Part shown: piece by piece, positions 25,975-39,250 of the stretch | Numbering within the stretch: position 1 is the first letter of the stretch | Layout: each line of letters begins with the position of its first letter | NCBI GenBank assembly: GCA_020137815.1 | Contig: CM035357.1 | Location: 1,116,001 to 1,180,000, forward strand | From: Hormiphora californensis | Taxonomy: Eukaryota > Animalia > Ctenophora | Direction: 5' to 3' | Length of the DNA: 64,000 nucleotides | Notes under the pieces: generated by a model | What the model was told of the DNA's origin: nothing | Database searches by the model: none | The model's input: only the letters and a program-made list of their open reading frames with translations | Program-made: the position numbers and the translations under genes

Positions 25975-26795
25975 GGAAAAACCTAAATATATTTTAACAA
26001 TGATAGATCGCTTCACTAAGTACTTCATGGCAGCACCCTTGGTGTCCGGCACTAGTACGGAAATAGCCAAGGCTTTTTTGGAAAAATGGTGTTTCATTTT
26101 CGGGATTCCGGAAACGGTCTTGTCAGACCAGGCTTCAAATTTACATAACTCGAAGGTGATATTGGTAACGAAGTTACCCCTCCATTGCCTTGGTATCCAA
26201 GACACCTTCGTGCGCCAAACGAAGGCCGCGAAGTGTGTGAGGTGTCTTGGATACCAAAAGGTGATAGAAGAAGTTTATCACGTTTTGCAAATTAATATGG
26301 TTAGAACGACGGCGTACCACCCACAGGGCAATGGGCAAGTAGAAAGACGTCACAGGGACGTCGCAGCGGTGTTAAAAAAGTTGGTAGGGGACCAACCCGA
26401 CACATGGGTGGAAAAGTTACCAGTGGCAGTATTTGCACTTAACAATGCAATTAGTTCCACCACCAAGTTCGCGGCGAACGAACTTGTATTCACATACCCG
26501 GTTCAGACAGCGTCGGATGCCATTTTCGACACCACGCAGTCACAATTTTTTGAGAGCAAGGAGCATTACAAATCGGCCATGTACTTTAAGTATAGGGAAA
26601 TACAAGGAGGGGGATCATGTGCTCTTATACAAACCTATACCAGCGAAAATTAAGGATTATAGAAAATTTATGAACACTTTCATAGGACCACTGCACTGGT
26701 AATAGTCAAGTGTTTAAACGAACAAAATTACATAGTAGAAAATTTAGAAAATAGTAAGCACGAGGTGGTACATTTCGATGCGCTACGGAAAGTCA
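25975..26795 (+). pseudogene. Gypsy/Ginger-type DDE integrase relic
   Basis: YILTMIDRFTKY, FGIPETVLSDQ, TTAYHPQGNGQVER, GPY/F-like FIGP, VVHFDALR; frameshifted; no RT or RNase H upstream. Confidence 0.85.
26162..26257. mobile_element. 96-bp hairpin mini-element with 9-bp TSD inside the integrase
   Basis: AAGGTGATA at 26153-26161 and 26258-26266; ends TTGGTA...TACCAA. Confidence 0.75.
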
Positions 26796-27311
26796 AGGAT
26801 GGGGTGGGAACAGTTATGAGAGCGGGAGCTCATAGCCATGTGAATGCACAGCCAGAGAAGGTAGAAGATGTGATCAATCTCAAAGATACAATTTTAGACA
26901 AGGGTAAGGGTTCGAGTTCATCAAATTGGGAGGACAGTTCAGATAGTGAGACTGAACTTGGGGAAGGTAATTCGAGGGCAGCACCATTAGTAAATAAGAC
27001 AAACTCAGGGGATAATGCACCACGGGCGTTAGATTCTGGGCCGGGACAAGTAGCACCACTTGTCAAACCGTCGTGTAACAAACCACTTTATGTACAGAAA
27101 CCACCGCTGGAAATCAGAAACGGGTACAAACCGTTACCTCACGTCAGAGACAAACCGAAAACTGTGATAATTATGGGGCGACAAACAAACACTAACGACA
27201 CGAATTCAGGCCTCCACACAGGTAGGAGGATGGAGACAGGCAGGAGGATGGAAGATGGCAGGAGGGCGGAGGAGGATGGAGGATGGGAGGAGGTTGGAGA
27301 AGGCTGAGGCC

Positions 27312-27386
27312 TTCAGGCCTGGTGATTGGCAGTGTGGGAACTGTGGCTTCCACAATTTTGCCAGAAGGGTTGCCTGTTACCAATGT
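27312..27386 (+). pseudogene. RanBP2-type zinc finger
   Basis: FRPGDWQCGNCGFHNFARRVACYQC fits W-x-C-x2-C-x3-N-x6-C-x2-C. Confidence 0.85.
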
Positions 27387-29312
27387 GTCGTCGGGCGGTA
27401 CGCTTACGGGCGACAGGGGAACCAACCTTGGCAGGGTAACCAGAACAGCTCGCCACATAACTTCAGAAAGGGACAGCAGGGGCAAGGCCGATTCTACAAC
27501 AACACCCCTCAGCAACACTCTGTGTCACCCATCTGGAGAGTGTCGAGTTCTTTTTTGTAGGAGCTGAGCAGCAGAACCGATGAAGTGCTTCAAAGCTACC
27601 GGCTACAAAGACTAATTGGAGTGCTGAATTTCAAGTGCTCTAGATGTGATATGGCATTTGCAAGAAAAGACTAATTGGAGTGCACTGCACAACACGAGTT
27701 AGTATTTTTAGTTTATTATTTATTTCTATTAACACTAGGTTTATATTTTAGAATATTAACACAATAATATCATGTTTGCATTAAGATAACAGTAGTAGGC
27801 TACCTGGCCTGCTTCAAGGGGATACGGGACGACACTATCCCGGGGAAGGAACACAGGCCTCAGCAACACTCTTTGTCACTGTTTGTCACTGTTTGACACT
27901 CTCCGTCACCCATCTGGAGAGTGTCGAGTTCTTGTTTTGAGGAGCTGAGCAGCAGAACCGATGAAGTGCTTCAAAGCATCGTGATTTAATAAATAATTAA
28001 TTAATCTCTTTTTCTTTGCTTTGGATTAACCCGGAGTGGAGCTCCTTTGAATTGTGTTCCATTGAGGACCTCAATAGCCGTGTTACAGGTGGATTTAGAG
28101 AGCGAGTTTAGCCACCTAGGGAGGGGATACCCCCCTCTTCCACAAACTGATAACGTGAAAGCATACGTTCGTATGGACTCGCGGCTTCTTGAAGCCTTAT
28201 GATACTGTATTATAAAAGATGCGAAGATTGTCAGAATAGTGGGGAACTTCTTTATTTTACATTCTTGCAATATCGGTTGTCGTATTCGTAAAACATGTCA
28301 CAAGGAAACGAGGGGTTACAGTAGTACCAAGATTCTGGAAAACTAGCTACCGGCTACAAAGACTAATTGGAGTGCACTGCACAACACGGCTACAAAGACT
28401 AATTGGAGTGCACTGCACAACACGAGTTAGAATCCTTTCAGAGAAGGAATTTAGTCGCAAAGAATTATATAATTGAATAGCATTATTATTCTATACTGCG
28501 TATATGAAATTCGGGGGCGGGAGGGCCCTGAAGGTCTATTATATGGAGAACTACCATCTTTGGATCACTACAGCATTGTTAGCATATTATTTAACACACG
28601 GTGACTTTTCGATTCCCTGACCCTAGCGACGATAAGTTCTTCTCCAACTCTCTCACGAGTACTCTCCCTCTCCCCCAGATACCTCAAGTGTTGGAGCACA
28701 TCCCCCGACTAAACAGCCAAGAGAAATACATCGAGTTCCGTCTACACCCCAGAACTCCAGTCACCCTGCTGAATGATATAAACAGCGTGAACGACCTGCT
28801 AAACGGACTATGCAACGCGGAGAAGAAAGTCAGGGTCAGGCTACAAAGACTAATTGGAGTGCACTGCACAACACGAGTTAGAATCCTTTAAGAGAAGGAA
28901 TTTAGTCGCAAAGAATTATATAATTGAATAGCATTATTATTCTATACTGCGTATGAAATCCGGGGCGGGAAGGGCCCTGAAGGTATGGAGAACACCATCT
29001 TTGGATCACTACAGCATGGTTAGCGTATTATTTAACTTGGGGAACCAAGCCAAGATACACATAAGTTTGGGAAATTGTAAACTTACTGTCTAACGCCATT
29101 TCTAACCCCATCTCCCACAAGATTAGGGCGAGGTGAAACAGTTTGCTCCTAAACGGACTGAGGTAAATAGTAAATTGCCCAACATTCCTGAAAACTACAG
29201 GTACCCGGTATCCCTAGTTAATCCTGAATTCGATGATGAGCAACTTAAAGGACACAATCAGAGTGCAATGAATTTCTTTAGGGCCTGGTTAAAGATGTAC
29301 AATGCACCTTAA

Positions 29313-29693
29313 AGGTGACAAGATACCTAAGACTTTTCGTTAACATATTTAAAAAAATTTATCAGGAGTTTAAGCATTTTTACAGATTATTTTGTCGTGT
29401 AGAAAAATATTTTGGCTGAAGAAAAGAGAATTCAACTCAAGGAACACGACTGTGCGGGTGTACCATTAAAGTGTTGTGTTGGGACACGGAGAAGATGGGA
29501 GAGAGGGACACAACAAGAGTGGCTTCACAATCCACCACTCCTGGTACACCTCGCACGTCCCATGCGACTTATAAACATACATAAATAAATATTTTGGCTG
29601 CTGAAAAAGTATAACCCGGCTGAAATCTTCACTGGAATATACTCTTTCAGCATCCAAACATTTAACAAAAAGTTTTAGGTATCTTGTCAACCT
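29313..29693. mobile_element. Kolobok-like MITE
   Basis: TTAA|AGGTGACAAGATACCTAA...TTAGGTATCTTGTCAACCT|TTAA. Confidence 0.75.
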
Positions 29694-30383
29694 TTAAGAG
29701 ACTTGACTAGGGTTAGTATTTTTAGTTTATTATTTATTTCTATCAACATTATGTTTGTATTTTAGAATAGAAATGAAAAAGCGCTCGATTTTTTTGAAAG
29801 ATTAATAAATATCACAGATAAATACTTTGATAGCGTCGACAAACCCGAATTATCGCATTTAACAAAAGGGAAATGGAAAATAAATGCTGAGGGGCACGAC
29901 TTGCAGCAACTCATCAGCTGGGCCGATGATAGATCTGTCCATGGGAGGATACATTTTAGAGAGGGAAGGGTACGGGGTTGTACGCGTGACCGTGTGTATA
30001 ATAAACCAGACTGCGTGTATAATAAACCAGAAATTATTCCGCCTGGTTTACAGCTAACCTAAAAAGTGATGATGATCTTTTTCTCGTGGCTCAACACATG
30101 GCTTAACATGACCAGGCACGCATTCCAGTGCCCTCAGGAACAGATTTTGTATACGGAGAGAACAGCTTTTTCCGTGACCACACATACGATAGAATGGGGA
30201 AGAGCACACTTTTTACGATCACTAGTAACACAGCAGCAGGGGGCGATGAGGGGGGCCACCTGGTGTGATGCCTTCGTCGACACGACGAAGGCAACACTTA
30301 TAAGGAAGAGCACAAGCTCAGAAAGGCAGTTCCGAACACGCTCTCTTGCTAACTGCTTCAGTCTCCACTGCTCCAGCCTCCAC

Positions 30384-30468
30384 TAAGCTATCTTCAACTG
30401 AGCTATCTTCAACTGAGCTATCTTCAACTGAGCTATCTTCAACATGACTGAGCTATCTTCAACATGAC
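30384..30468. repeat. 15-bp tandem repeat (CTGAGCTATCTTCAA)
   Basis: About 5 copies visible. Confidence 0.85.
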
Positions 30469-30976
30469 TTCAACCCACACTATCCCCGCATCGGCCCTCG
30501 GTATGTAGCACGAGTAGATACAGGAGATAATTAGTCTAGGGAGATTATCGGTTTGAATAGGAATTGCGTATGAGTTATGACATTGTAGTAACCTATTACA
30601 TTTCTGGCCCCTTGATATAGTCGCGTTTGAATTGTCCGTTTCTAGTGAATGTATTTGGTCAATCTCTGGTTCACGTGTAAGAGCTATGGAGTTGAGAGAT
30701 GGTCGTTTAGCGATCGACTAAAGAGCCAGGGTTTAACCTAGTACAGGATTGTAATGGAGTACACCAGGGTTGGACACCCCAAGACACCGGGTCGCGGCGG
30801 CAGTGAACTACCTGTACAGGGCAACAGAGGCCGCCAAAGAGTACTTCAATACTAAAATAACTCTATCTTGAACTAAGAATCAGTTCCTGAGTCCTCTGAC
30901 ACTGCCAGATGCCAGAGACCGGAATGCAGGGAGATGGAGCATGAGGAAATGGCGGCTAGCTATAAATGAACAAATG

Positions 30977-31139
30977 GAATTCGTTGAGCAAATCAACTTT
31001 GTTCCTATTCGTTCATTTCCGTCACCTTTGAGTTGAAGGCGGAAAAGTATACGGATACCTCAATATCTTAGAAGCCTCAACTCAAAGGTGACGGAAATGA
31101 AGGATTCAAAAGAACAAAGTTATTATTGAACAATGAATT
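30977..31139. repeat. Imperfect inverted repeat (degenerate MITE)
   Basis: TTCATTTCCGTCACCTTTGAGTTGA pairs with TCAACTCAAAGGTGACGGAAATGAA. Confidence 0.7.
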
Positions 31140-31224
31140 GGCAATGAAGGGTAAAATATAAGCGTACTAACATTTATAACATTATTAAGATATTGATGGA
31201 CTTAATCCCAGTAGTAATAAGGAC

Positions 31225-31600
31225 ATGGGAGGAAGAGCAAGGCGACGTAATAAGGGCCGAACGAAGATACTGGGAGAGCGATACCCAGAGAATACCTGGG
31301 AGTATAGATGGAGACAACTAAGTGACGTGGACAATAAGAGAGAGCATAAAGATAGGGCATTTAAAGAGAGTGCTTCGGAAGAACAGCGACCAGCGGAGTT
31401 ACTGTAGAGACAGTAAGAAAGACAAATGGTAATACGACTAGTGAGAAAGGGAGACGGATAGAAAAATAGGATAAAAACTATTAACGAGCAAAATTGTTGA
31501 TGGCCCTGATAAAAGATTATAAGCGGACTGTAAGACAAAGAAAAACAAGGAAATGGGGACTAAGAGATATTAGAAGGGCACTAAACAAAATAGATAGCAG
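31225..31600 (+). pseudogene. Relic of an unidentified basic protein; paralogs at ~34650-34828 and, more weakly, ~36290-36480
   Basis: VIRLVRKGDG...ALIKDYKRTVRQRKTRKWGLRDIRRALNKID versus VIKLVRKGDG...ALIKG*KRTVKQRKTRRWGLREIRRAINKID. Confidence 0.6.
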
Positions 31601-34600
31601 GACATTAGTATTATCACAACACAGACAAAGAATTCCGTCTTGTGAGCTCCAATTAACGCCAGGATACGTGATACAGGTGGACGATACCTACACAGTACAC
31701 ATGCTCATTGCGGGAAGCTCATTGCAGAAGCTGCTTTCCAAGGACCCAGCCCTAAATGGGACAGCATATATCGGAAACTTCCATAGTGCAAAGGTGCACT
31801 ATCTTCTGAAAAACCGGTCCTCCGAGTAGAGCCGCAGCCACCAGCTGATCCCCCGGTGGGATACGTGTCTCCATCTTACCGACCCTCCTATCCGATTCTT
31901 TTCCTATGAGACGATGCTTGCATTGACCCGATTCACGGTATTACAGTTCAATCTCGGCCAATCAGGTATGGTCACCTTGACAGAAGGATCAGATGCGATC
32001 ATTACAAACAAGCAGAGAAAAAAAACTGTCCGTGATAAGGACATATACGCCGATGATAGATGCAAACAGGATGTTGTTTGAGGATTTTTTTATGGAGCTA
32101 ACGTCAGATGAAGAATACAAACCCGACGAGCGATGTCCTGATGAATTTGGTAATAAAATTGATAATATATCTACTGACTGAAGTATCACAAATTTAAATT
32201 CTAAAATTCTATTTTAAATATACATAATTTGTATGTAACAATATATTTGTACAAATTGAAGCGAGATTTTCATCGAAAACAATTTTTTTTCCGATAAAAA
32301 TCTCGTTTCAATTTGTAGAATACCCCAGGTATAACCTGTCGAGTTCTCTCTGAGGACGTACTCGGACCCCAGTCCCCACGAAGATATAGCGGGATATAAA
32401 TATTTGATATTATTATAATGAGTATTTAGACGTATGTATAATATGTATGCCACACCTTCCAGGGATGTGTTGGTTACAGTGATATAATGGGTTCTGGTGG
32501 GGACTCTGTTTCTGGCTATATTTCTTTTTATTGTTATGTATAATAAAATATAGAAAATGTATTTCCGGGTGAGGGAGTACCCATGTGTGATAAAATATGA
32601 ATCTAAATTAAGTTAATAAATAAGAAAATGTTGGTTTGATAATTTAATAATCAAGAGTAATTGGCATCAATATCTAATACTAAAACAATTTTATCACTCA
32701 GGGATGGGCTGCAGATAAAGAACGCCAAGATAAAGAGAAAGGGAGAGAGGAAAACGATAACGGTCGGTAAAATACAGGTAAAATAGTATAAATTAAAGCT
32801 AAAAATAGCACAGATGCGAACTTGGTTGAATGCATGAAATACATCTAGTAAGATTTCTAGTTAGAATAAAGTAACAAATTATTTTCAGCAAATCATGAGT
32901 GACTTGTGATAACATTGGTCTAACACTGTTTCCCTCTTTTCAGACTTAGCTATACCAGCTCTGTGAAAGAGGAGCAGAAAGAGAGAGAGAGGTGGTGGCC
33001 AGGCATGTTGGGGAGATGGTTCCCGACTTCGCTTCCAGCCGGGTGTCGGCTGTGCACCGGAGTGAATTGAGGGGTCCGGCAAAACCCCGCTCAGTTAATG
33101 TTGGTTTTAGCAACAAACAATTATACGTGTAAATATATTCATTTATATTTGTACATATATGTACAAATATAAATGTGTTAGGTTTTTAGTGATATCAAAT
33201 ATAAAATTTTATTGAATTTGGTTAGATAATTGTCATGGTACATATATATAGTCTTCACAAAATTGACTCTGCGGCATAAAAACTCCACGGTCCTCTCACT
33301 GCTGGGTCATTGTGACTTTTATATTTCCTTGTCTGCAGATAACCTTACTGTATCATCTCGCCAGCAACACAAATTGAATGGGGGTACCGATCCGGCTCGA
33401 TTCTGGTTGGGATACATCACCAATATGTAAACAAACAAGCAGAGAGAAAAAACTGTCCGTGAGAAGGAAACGAAGATATATAGCGGGATATAAACAAGAA
33501 CTGCCCACGATGTAGGACGTGGGCGGAAGAAAAAGGACAATGACACACTATATTGTGGAAGAATTGATTTAATACTTTGTTTTTAATGAGACTGTATTTC
33601 ATGTGATCCAATGTAACATTTTTTAGTCATGTCTCAACCGAACCGAGAATTGGAGGATAAACGAACAAGGAAAGAAGGAAACGAACACGGTGGTATACAA
33701 CTATTTACAGCCTAAGAAAGAACCACCTCTCGTTACTACATTTCAAACATACCAATCTTCTACACATCAATCGAAATCTCTCGCTGATTTAACGATCGCA
33801 AGAAAGCAAAATTATTATTGTTATTACATATTATATAAATACCTAGCGGTCAATTATCATGTAAGTAGATACGAAAAACACACTAACATGAATAAAATAG
33901 TTAGAATGGAATGTATACCGGTGATAGCAAGGACGTGGGAGGAAGAACGATAAATCGAACGAGAAAAGGAAAAATATGTTGGAGAAATGCATGCAGAAAG
34001 CAGTAATGCAATGCGACGATATATCAGTGAATCAAGAAAATGTCTTGATAAAGTGTGTTATGATTCGGTGAGAATATATGGATGGAATGGAGTGGACAAT
34101 GGACATGGATATTAGGTGCTTTGGAAATCATGGAGAAAGACACAATCAGGGGAAGGTGGATGTGTTTGTATCCAATTTGTAAAAACATAGAGGGGTTAAA
34201 AAATAGGAAAATATGTAAATGGCACGAGTTAGAATGGAATGTATACCGGTGATAGCAAGGACGGAAGAACAAGGCGATCTGATAAGAGCTGAGCGGAGGT
34301 ATTGGGAGAACTTAAGTGACGCTCAGACAAGATGGAATACTGGAATTATAGGAGGAGGTTGGTGGACAATATGAGCAAAAACAGTAAGAGGGAGGTAGAA
34401 AGACAGCGTGAGCAGGATGACCGAGGAAGCAGGGAATTATGGGTATATTGTTGGGTTGCAAAAATGAAACGACAATTACCTCGACTATAAATTTGAAATG
34501 TCGCGTCGGGGTCGTTCGTTCAGCTATATCTGAGCAGCAGCTTCACGGGGCGCTTGTTGTGACCGGGACTGTGAAGCTGTCACTCGCGCTTTTGGAGCTT

Positions 34601-34910
34601 CCAGATAAAAATGTGATCTAAATAACATATTAATTCAGTGATGACAACAAATTGGTGATAAAACTAGTTAGAAAGGGAGACGGATACGAAGTAAAGAAGG
34701 GTGAGGAACGAACTAAATTGTTCATAGCCCTAATAAAGGGGTAAAAACGGACAGTAAAACAGAGGAAAACTAGGAGATGGGGACTGAGGGAAATTAGAAG
34801 GGCGATAAACAAAATCGATAGACAATAAGGGAGATTGAGGGAAAAATAAAGCGTAAAGCAGTATGTGAGGCACCAGTTCTTTGTCGGTAGATTTTGAACT
34901 CTAGAGGAGC

Positions 34911-35165
34911 AAAGTGGACATCAGTGTCGCCTCAAAACGGGACAAAAAAGAGAGGTTCATCCTCAATTCCGAGCTAATAAAATGGTATACCGCAGACTAC
35001 AAATTCAAGACAACAGTTCAAGCAATCAAAAAATTGTTCGAGGGTACACCGTGTTTGCAGGCATCAAAGGGCGGAATATCAAATTATGCGGCAACACTGG
35101 TAATGAGAGCACTCATGGAGGATACGCAGGTAAATAACAAAAAACTAAGTAATTATATATTGTGA
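34911..35165 (+). pseudogene. Middle part of a TENT/Cid1-like nucleotidyltransferase
   Basis: KVDISVAS...KGGISNYAATLVMRAL; ends next to the MITE at 35186. Confidence 0.7.
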
Positions 35166-35185
35166 TCATTGACAAATTAGATAAG

Positions 35186-36222
35186 GGCCAGAGGGGGGGG
35201 GGGTCGACCGATTTTTTACCCCCATTTTGGGCCTTTTTCGGGGTTACCATCATGTGATAGCGCATGGTATACCGGACCAGATGGATATGACAAAATGTAT
35301 TGTGCGTGAAGTGTGAACGGTCTGGGAGAAAAATGGGGTTAACTTTTGGCCTGATATCAATGTAAACCCCATTGTTTTAGGACTGGTAGGGTTTGGGACA
35401 TTCAATTTTGTGCCAAATGCTTTGTCTTATCAAGAGGAATTACTCTACAAATTTTTAGACCATCAGTCCAACTGGTCTTTGAATTGTTTGGGGTTAACAG
35501 AATCTGGAAAAATCGATATTATGGCTCCCCTCTAAACCCCATTTTTACACATGGTTAGATCCTAGCCGTTTAACCACTTCCTGAGAAAACGGCTAGGATC
35601 TAGACCTTGTCGTTTGGCACACTTGTTCTACAGACCAAGGAGCATGACACTTGTGTAGCGATTTTCGATTAAGGCCCTCATTCAAAAATTATGGGGGTTT
35701 ACACATTTTTGGTCAAGTAAAATATTATGTATACCCCCATAATTTTTGAATGAGGGCCTTAATCAAAAATCGCTACACAAGTTTCATGCTCCGTGGTCTG
35801 TAGAACAAGTGTGCCAAACAACAAGGTCTATATCCTAGCCGTTTTCTCAGGAAGTGGTTAACCATGTGCAAAAATGGGGTTTAGAGGGGAGCCATAATGT
35901 CGATTTTTCCTGATTCTGTTAACCCCAAATAATTCAAAGACCAGTTGGACTGATGGTCTAAAAATTTGTAGAGTAATTCCTCTTGATAAGACAAATTAGC
36001 GTTTGGCACTAAATTGAATGTCACAAACCCTACCAGTCCTAAAATAATGGGGTTTACATTGATATCAGGCCAAAAGTTAACCCCATTTTTCTCCCAGACC
36101 GTTCACGCACAATACATTTTGTCATATCCATCTGGTCCGGTATACCATGCGCTATCACATGATGGTAACCCCGAAAATGACCCAAAATGGGGGTCAAAAA
36201 TCGGTCGACCCCCCCCCTGGCC
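35186..36222. mobile_element. ~1-kb foldback MITE, Kolobok-like; truncated copy at 37344-37446
   Basis: ~500-bp inverted arms; GGCCAG...CTGGCC|TTAA; TTAA precedes the 37344 copy. Confidence 0.85.
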
Positions 36223-36743
36223 TTAAGGTAATAACGATATCACACCTCATTCTAGGTCGTAAAAGAGCGGCATATAACCACAAGAACATCGAGAGGAGAG
36301 AAAAACAGAAGGGAAAAGTAGGGTGGAAGAGATGAAGAAAGAAAGGGTCAAGAAGGAAAAGGAGGAAGAAAGAAAGAAGAAAATACAACAAATGATAAAA
36401 AGCTATAAGAAATAGGTAAAGGAGAGAGGTAGAAGGAAGAAATTCGGATAGAGAGACATACGGAAGAAGAGGATCACCAGGAAACTGAGTGTCAAAGAAG
36501 AATGACGAGGTGAGAAAATTGATTGAATTACGAGAGAGTTATAAATAAGGGAGTAATATAGTGTTCTAAGATGGAAAACAAGTTAATTATGAATAAGTAG
36601 GTAGTGGTACATTGAATGATTGTATAATAAATACACCACCCATCAGGTATCGAATACGAAGAAGAGGGAAGGAGAATAACGAATGGAAAGAGATCAGACA
36701 TTACTGTATAAATGAAAAGTACTAAATTAAAAATCCTTTAGCC

Positions 36744-37320
36744 ATGGCATATTACTACTTGGACTACAAAATGCAGGTCGAGATCAACAAAGAGGAAAAT
36801 ATTCAGAGATTTAAGATAGGAGAGGTGAAAAAAGACGCAGAAAGGATGTTATCAAGGTTGGGGATAAAACATGAGATCTTTGGGTCGTTGAGGAGTAACA
36901 CAATGATAAAAAGTTCTGATCTGGATATTTTGGTATGGGCTGAAAATGACGTCCAAGGATTAATGTCCAGGATAAAGAATAACTTGGGGCGAGGAGCATT
37001 TAAATGTGAGAGGCAGCTCGACAGACAGGAACTGATGGTGCTTAGACATGAATCGGGGATCTAAGTCGATATAAGTGTTGCCTCAAAGAAAGACAGCAAG
37101 GAGAGGGTCATCCTCAACTCTGAACTAATAAAATGGTACACCTCGGACTATAAGTTTAAAACAACAGTCCAAGCTATAAAAAAAACTTTTCGAGGGGACA
37201 CCGTGTTTGCAGGCATCAAAGGGCGGAATATCAAATTATGCGGCAACACTGGTAATGAGAGCACTCATGGAGGATGCGCAGTTAAATAACAAAAAACTAT
37301 GTAATTATATATATTGTGAT
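36744..37320 (+). pseudogene. Intronless non-canonical poly(A)/poly(U) polymerase (pol-beta superfamily, TENT/Trf4/Cid1-like) pseudogene
   Basis: IFGSLRSNTMIKSSDLD (GS and DxD motifs), third Asp in VDIS, KGGISNY; premature TAA at 37062-37064; frameshift in an A-run near 37180; TATAAAT near 36706. Confidence 0.8.
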
Positions 37321-38839
37321 CATTGACAAATTAGATAAGTTAAGGCCAGAGGGGGGGGGATCGACCGATTTTTTTACCCCCATTTGGGGCCATTTTCGGG
37401 GTTACCATCATGTGATAGCGCATGGTATACCGGACCAGATGGATACGGCTATTCGGGTTGAACCAAATATCGAGAGTTGGTCTTGATTGGAAGGCTCAGA
37501 ACTCTAATTGGGAGATAAAAGTACAAACGAGTCAAGAAAATTGACACGTGAGAGAACTGTGTCATACAGACAGACAGACATTATGATGATAATAGATATT
37601 CAGAAATTTTGACATTACTTGTGTTGCTTATATTGTGTCTCATATATTAAACGTGTAGTTTGATTACTTGTTGGTATAGTATACTAATAATAATAATTAA
37701 CAAGCTCCACTTTGTAGTAATGGCATCATACCTCGAGCACCGTATGGGGGTTGATATAGGGAAGGACGAAAAGGTACAGCCGGTGGTCATGGAGATAAGA
37801 CACAACATGGTGTCGTATTATGTCCAGCACCTACCGGGTAAATAAGTATGATAAATGCGATATATACGTAACAATTAAATGAGAATTAATAGGTGAAAAT
37901 AAACAATTGTTCACTCACAGTTCGGGATTGGAGAGCGGTTAAGAGAGAGGTTGTGAGAGCGGTACTCGAAGAGCAAAACAGGAAGAGGGAGATATTTGAG
38001 GTGGAATACTATCAGGAGTGAAAACAAAGATCATGATTGACAAGACGTGTCCATCCCAGTCGAGCCTTGCAGTTCATGACGAGGAGAACTAAAAAATAAG
38101 AGGAAATTGTGGAGCGAAACCACCGTACAAGCGGTGAAAATGTCCCACCGGCATAGTGGGACGAAGTCCCACGCTCTGCCGGAGGGTTTCCCTAAGGGAA
38201 CGAAGAGGAAGCGAAGAGGCGTGTCGCTCCGTCCCTACAGCTAATAGACGAACTCTTTGAGAGTACAAAGGATGAGACGATCCCCACTAAGGAGATGTTA
38301 TCGAAATTGGCTCTTTCAACATGCCAAACATTTGCAGCTCTGACTATTTGAAGGGACCCCTTGCCTACAAGCATCAAAAGGGGGGTCTCGAACTATGCAA
38401 TTACCCTGGTAATAAGAGCACTCCTGGAAGACAGACAGGTAATTAATAGCACCCACGGATAGAATATTCATGTTATAATGAAAAGTACTAAATAAATAGA
38501 AGAGCCCTCTCCTGACATTATACTTCAAATAGAGTGAGAGGAAACTGGCACAGCATGTGACATGGTCCCCAAGCTCCCCAAGTCCCCTTGGGCCGAAGCA
38601 GCTTGGCAACCACCCCTCGTAGAAGAAGATACCTGGATTCCTGTGCCCACCAACCGGACCAATACCAAGATCGAGCTTTTACAAGTAAAGACATTTTATC
38701 GAGGGTGACGGAGCGTGATTTTACCCCTGCAGAGGAGTGATAACCACCTTTTTAGGTTATGGCAGCTGGAATAGTGCAAGGATCGTGTTTCAGTTGCACC
38801 AATCAAATTTGACCCTGTCATTTTTGACTCGATTGATAA

Positions 38840-39250
38840 AGGAGCACACAGACTCATTAAACTTGATCATGATCATATTATAGTATAGTCAAGATCTTGA
38901 TCAAGTCGTACAGACTGGTCATTTGGACAGTAAAAACTGAAACTTATTCATATCAAATAGAAAACCACTGTACCCGACCAATTTTGATACGCTGAACAAT
39001 TAAGGCCAATTAGACCCAAGTTATTAGGGCACTTTCCCGACCTTTGATGAATCGGAAAAGTTGCTTACGTGATTTAGCGAATCAAAATGAGTTGGAACAG
39101 TGGTTTTCGCTTTGATATGAACAAGTTTCAGTTTTTATTGTCCAATTTCCAAGCTTGATCAAATGATCAAGTTTGATCAGTCTGTGTGACTTGATCAAGA
39201 TCTTGACCTTTTATGATCATAATCAAGTTTGGTCAGTCTGTGCGCGCCCA
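38840..39250. mobile_element. PIF/Harbinger-like MITE
   Basis: TAA on both sides; long imperfect TIRs GCACACAGACT...AGTCTGTGCGC. Confidence 0.65.

Larger units (their letters stand above)
25190..29140. repeat. Cluster of local duplications (25190-25950, 27505-28600, 28840-29135)
   Basis: Blocks such as GCTACAAAGACTAATTGGAGTGCACTGCACAACACG recur several times. Confidence 0.85.

Noticed and set aside
36744-37064. cGAS/OAS or bacterial CD-NTase
   Set aside because: The downstream KGGISNY and IKDPFE motifs fit TENT/Cid1/Trf4 better, and the context is eukaryotic.
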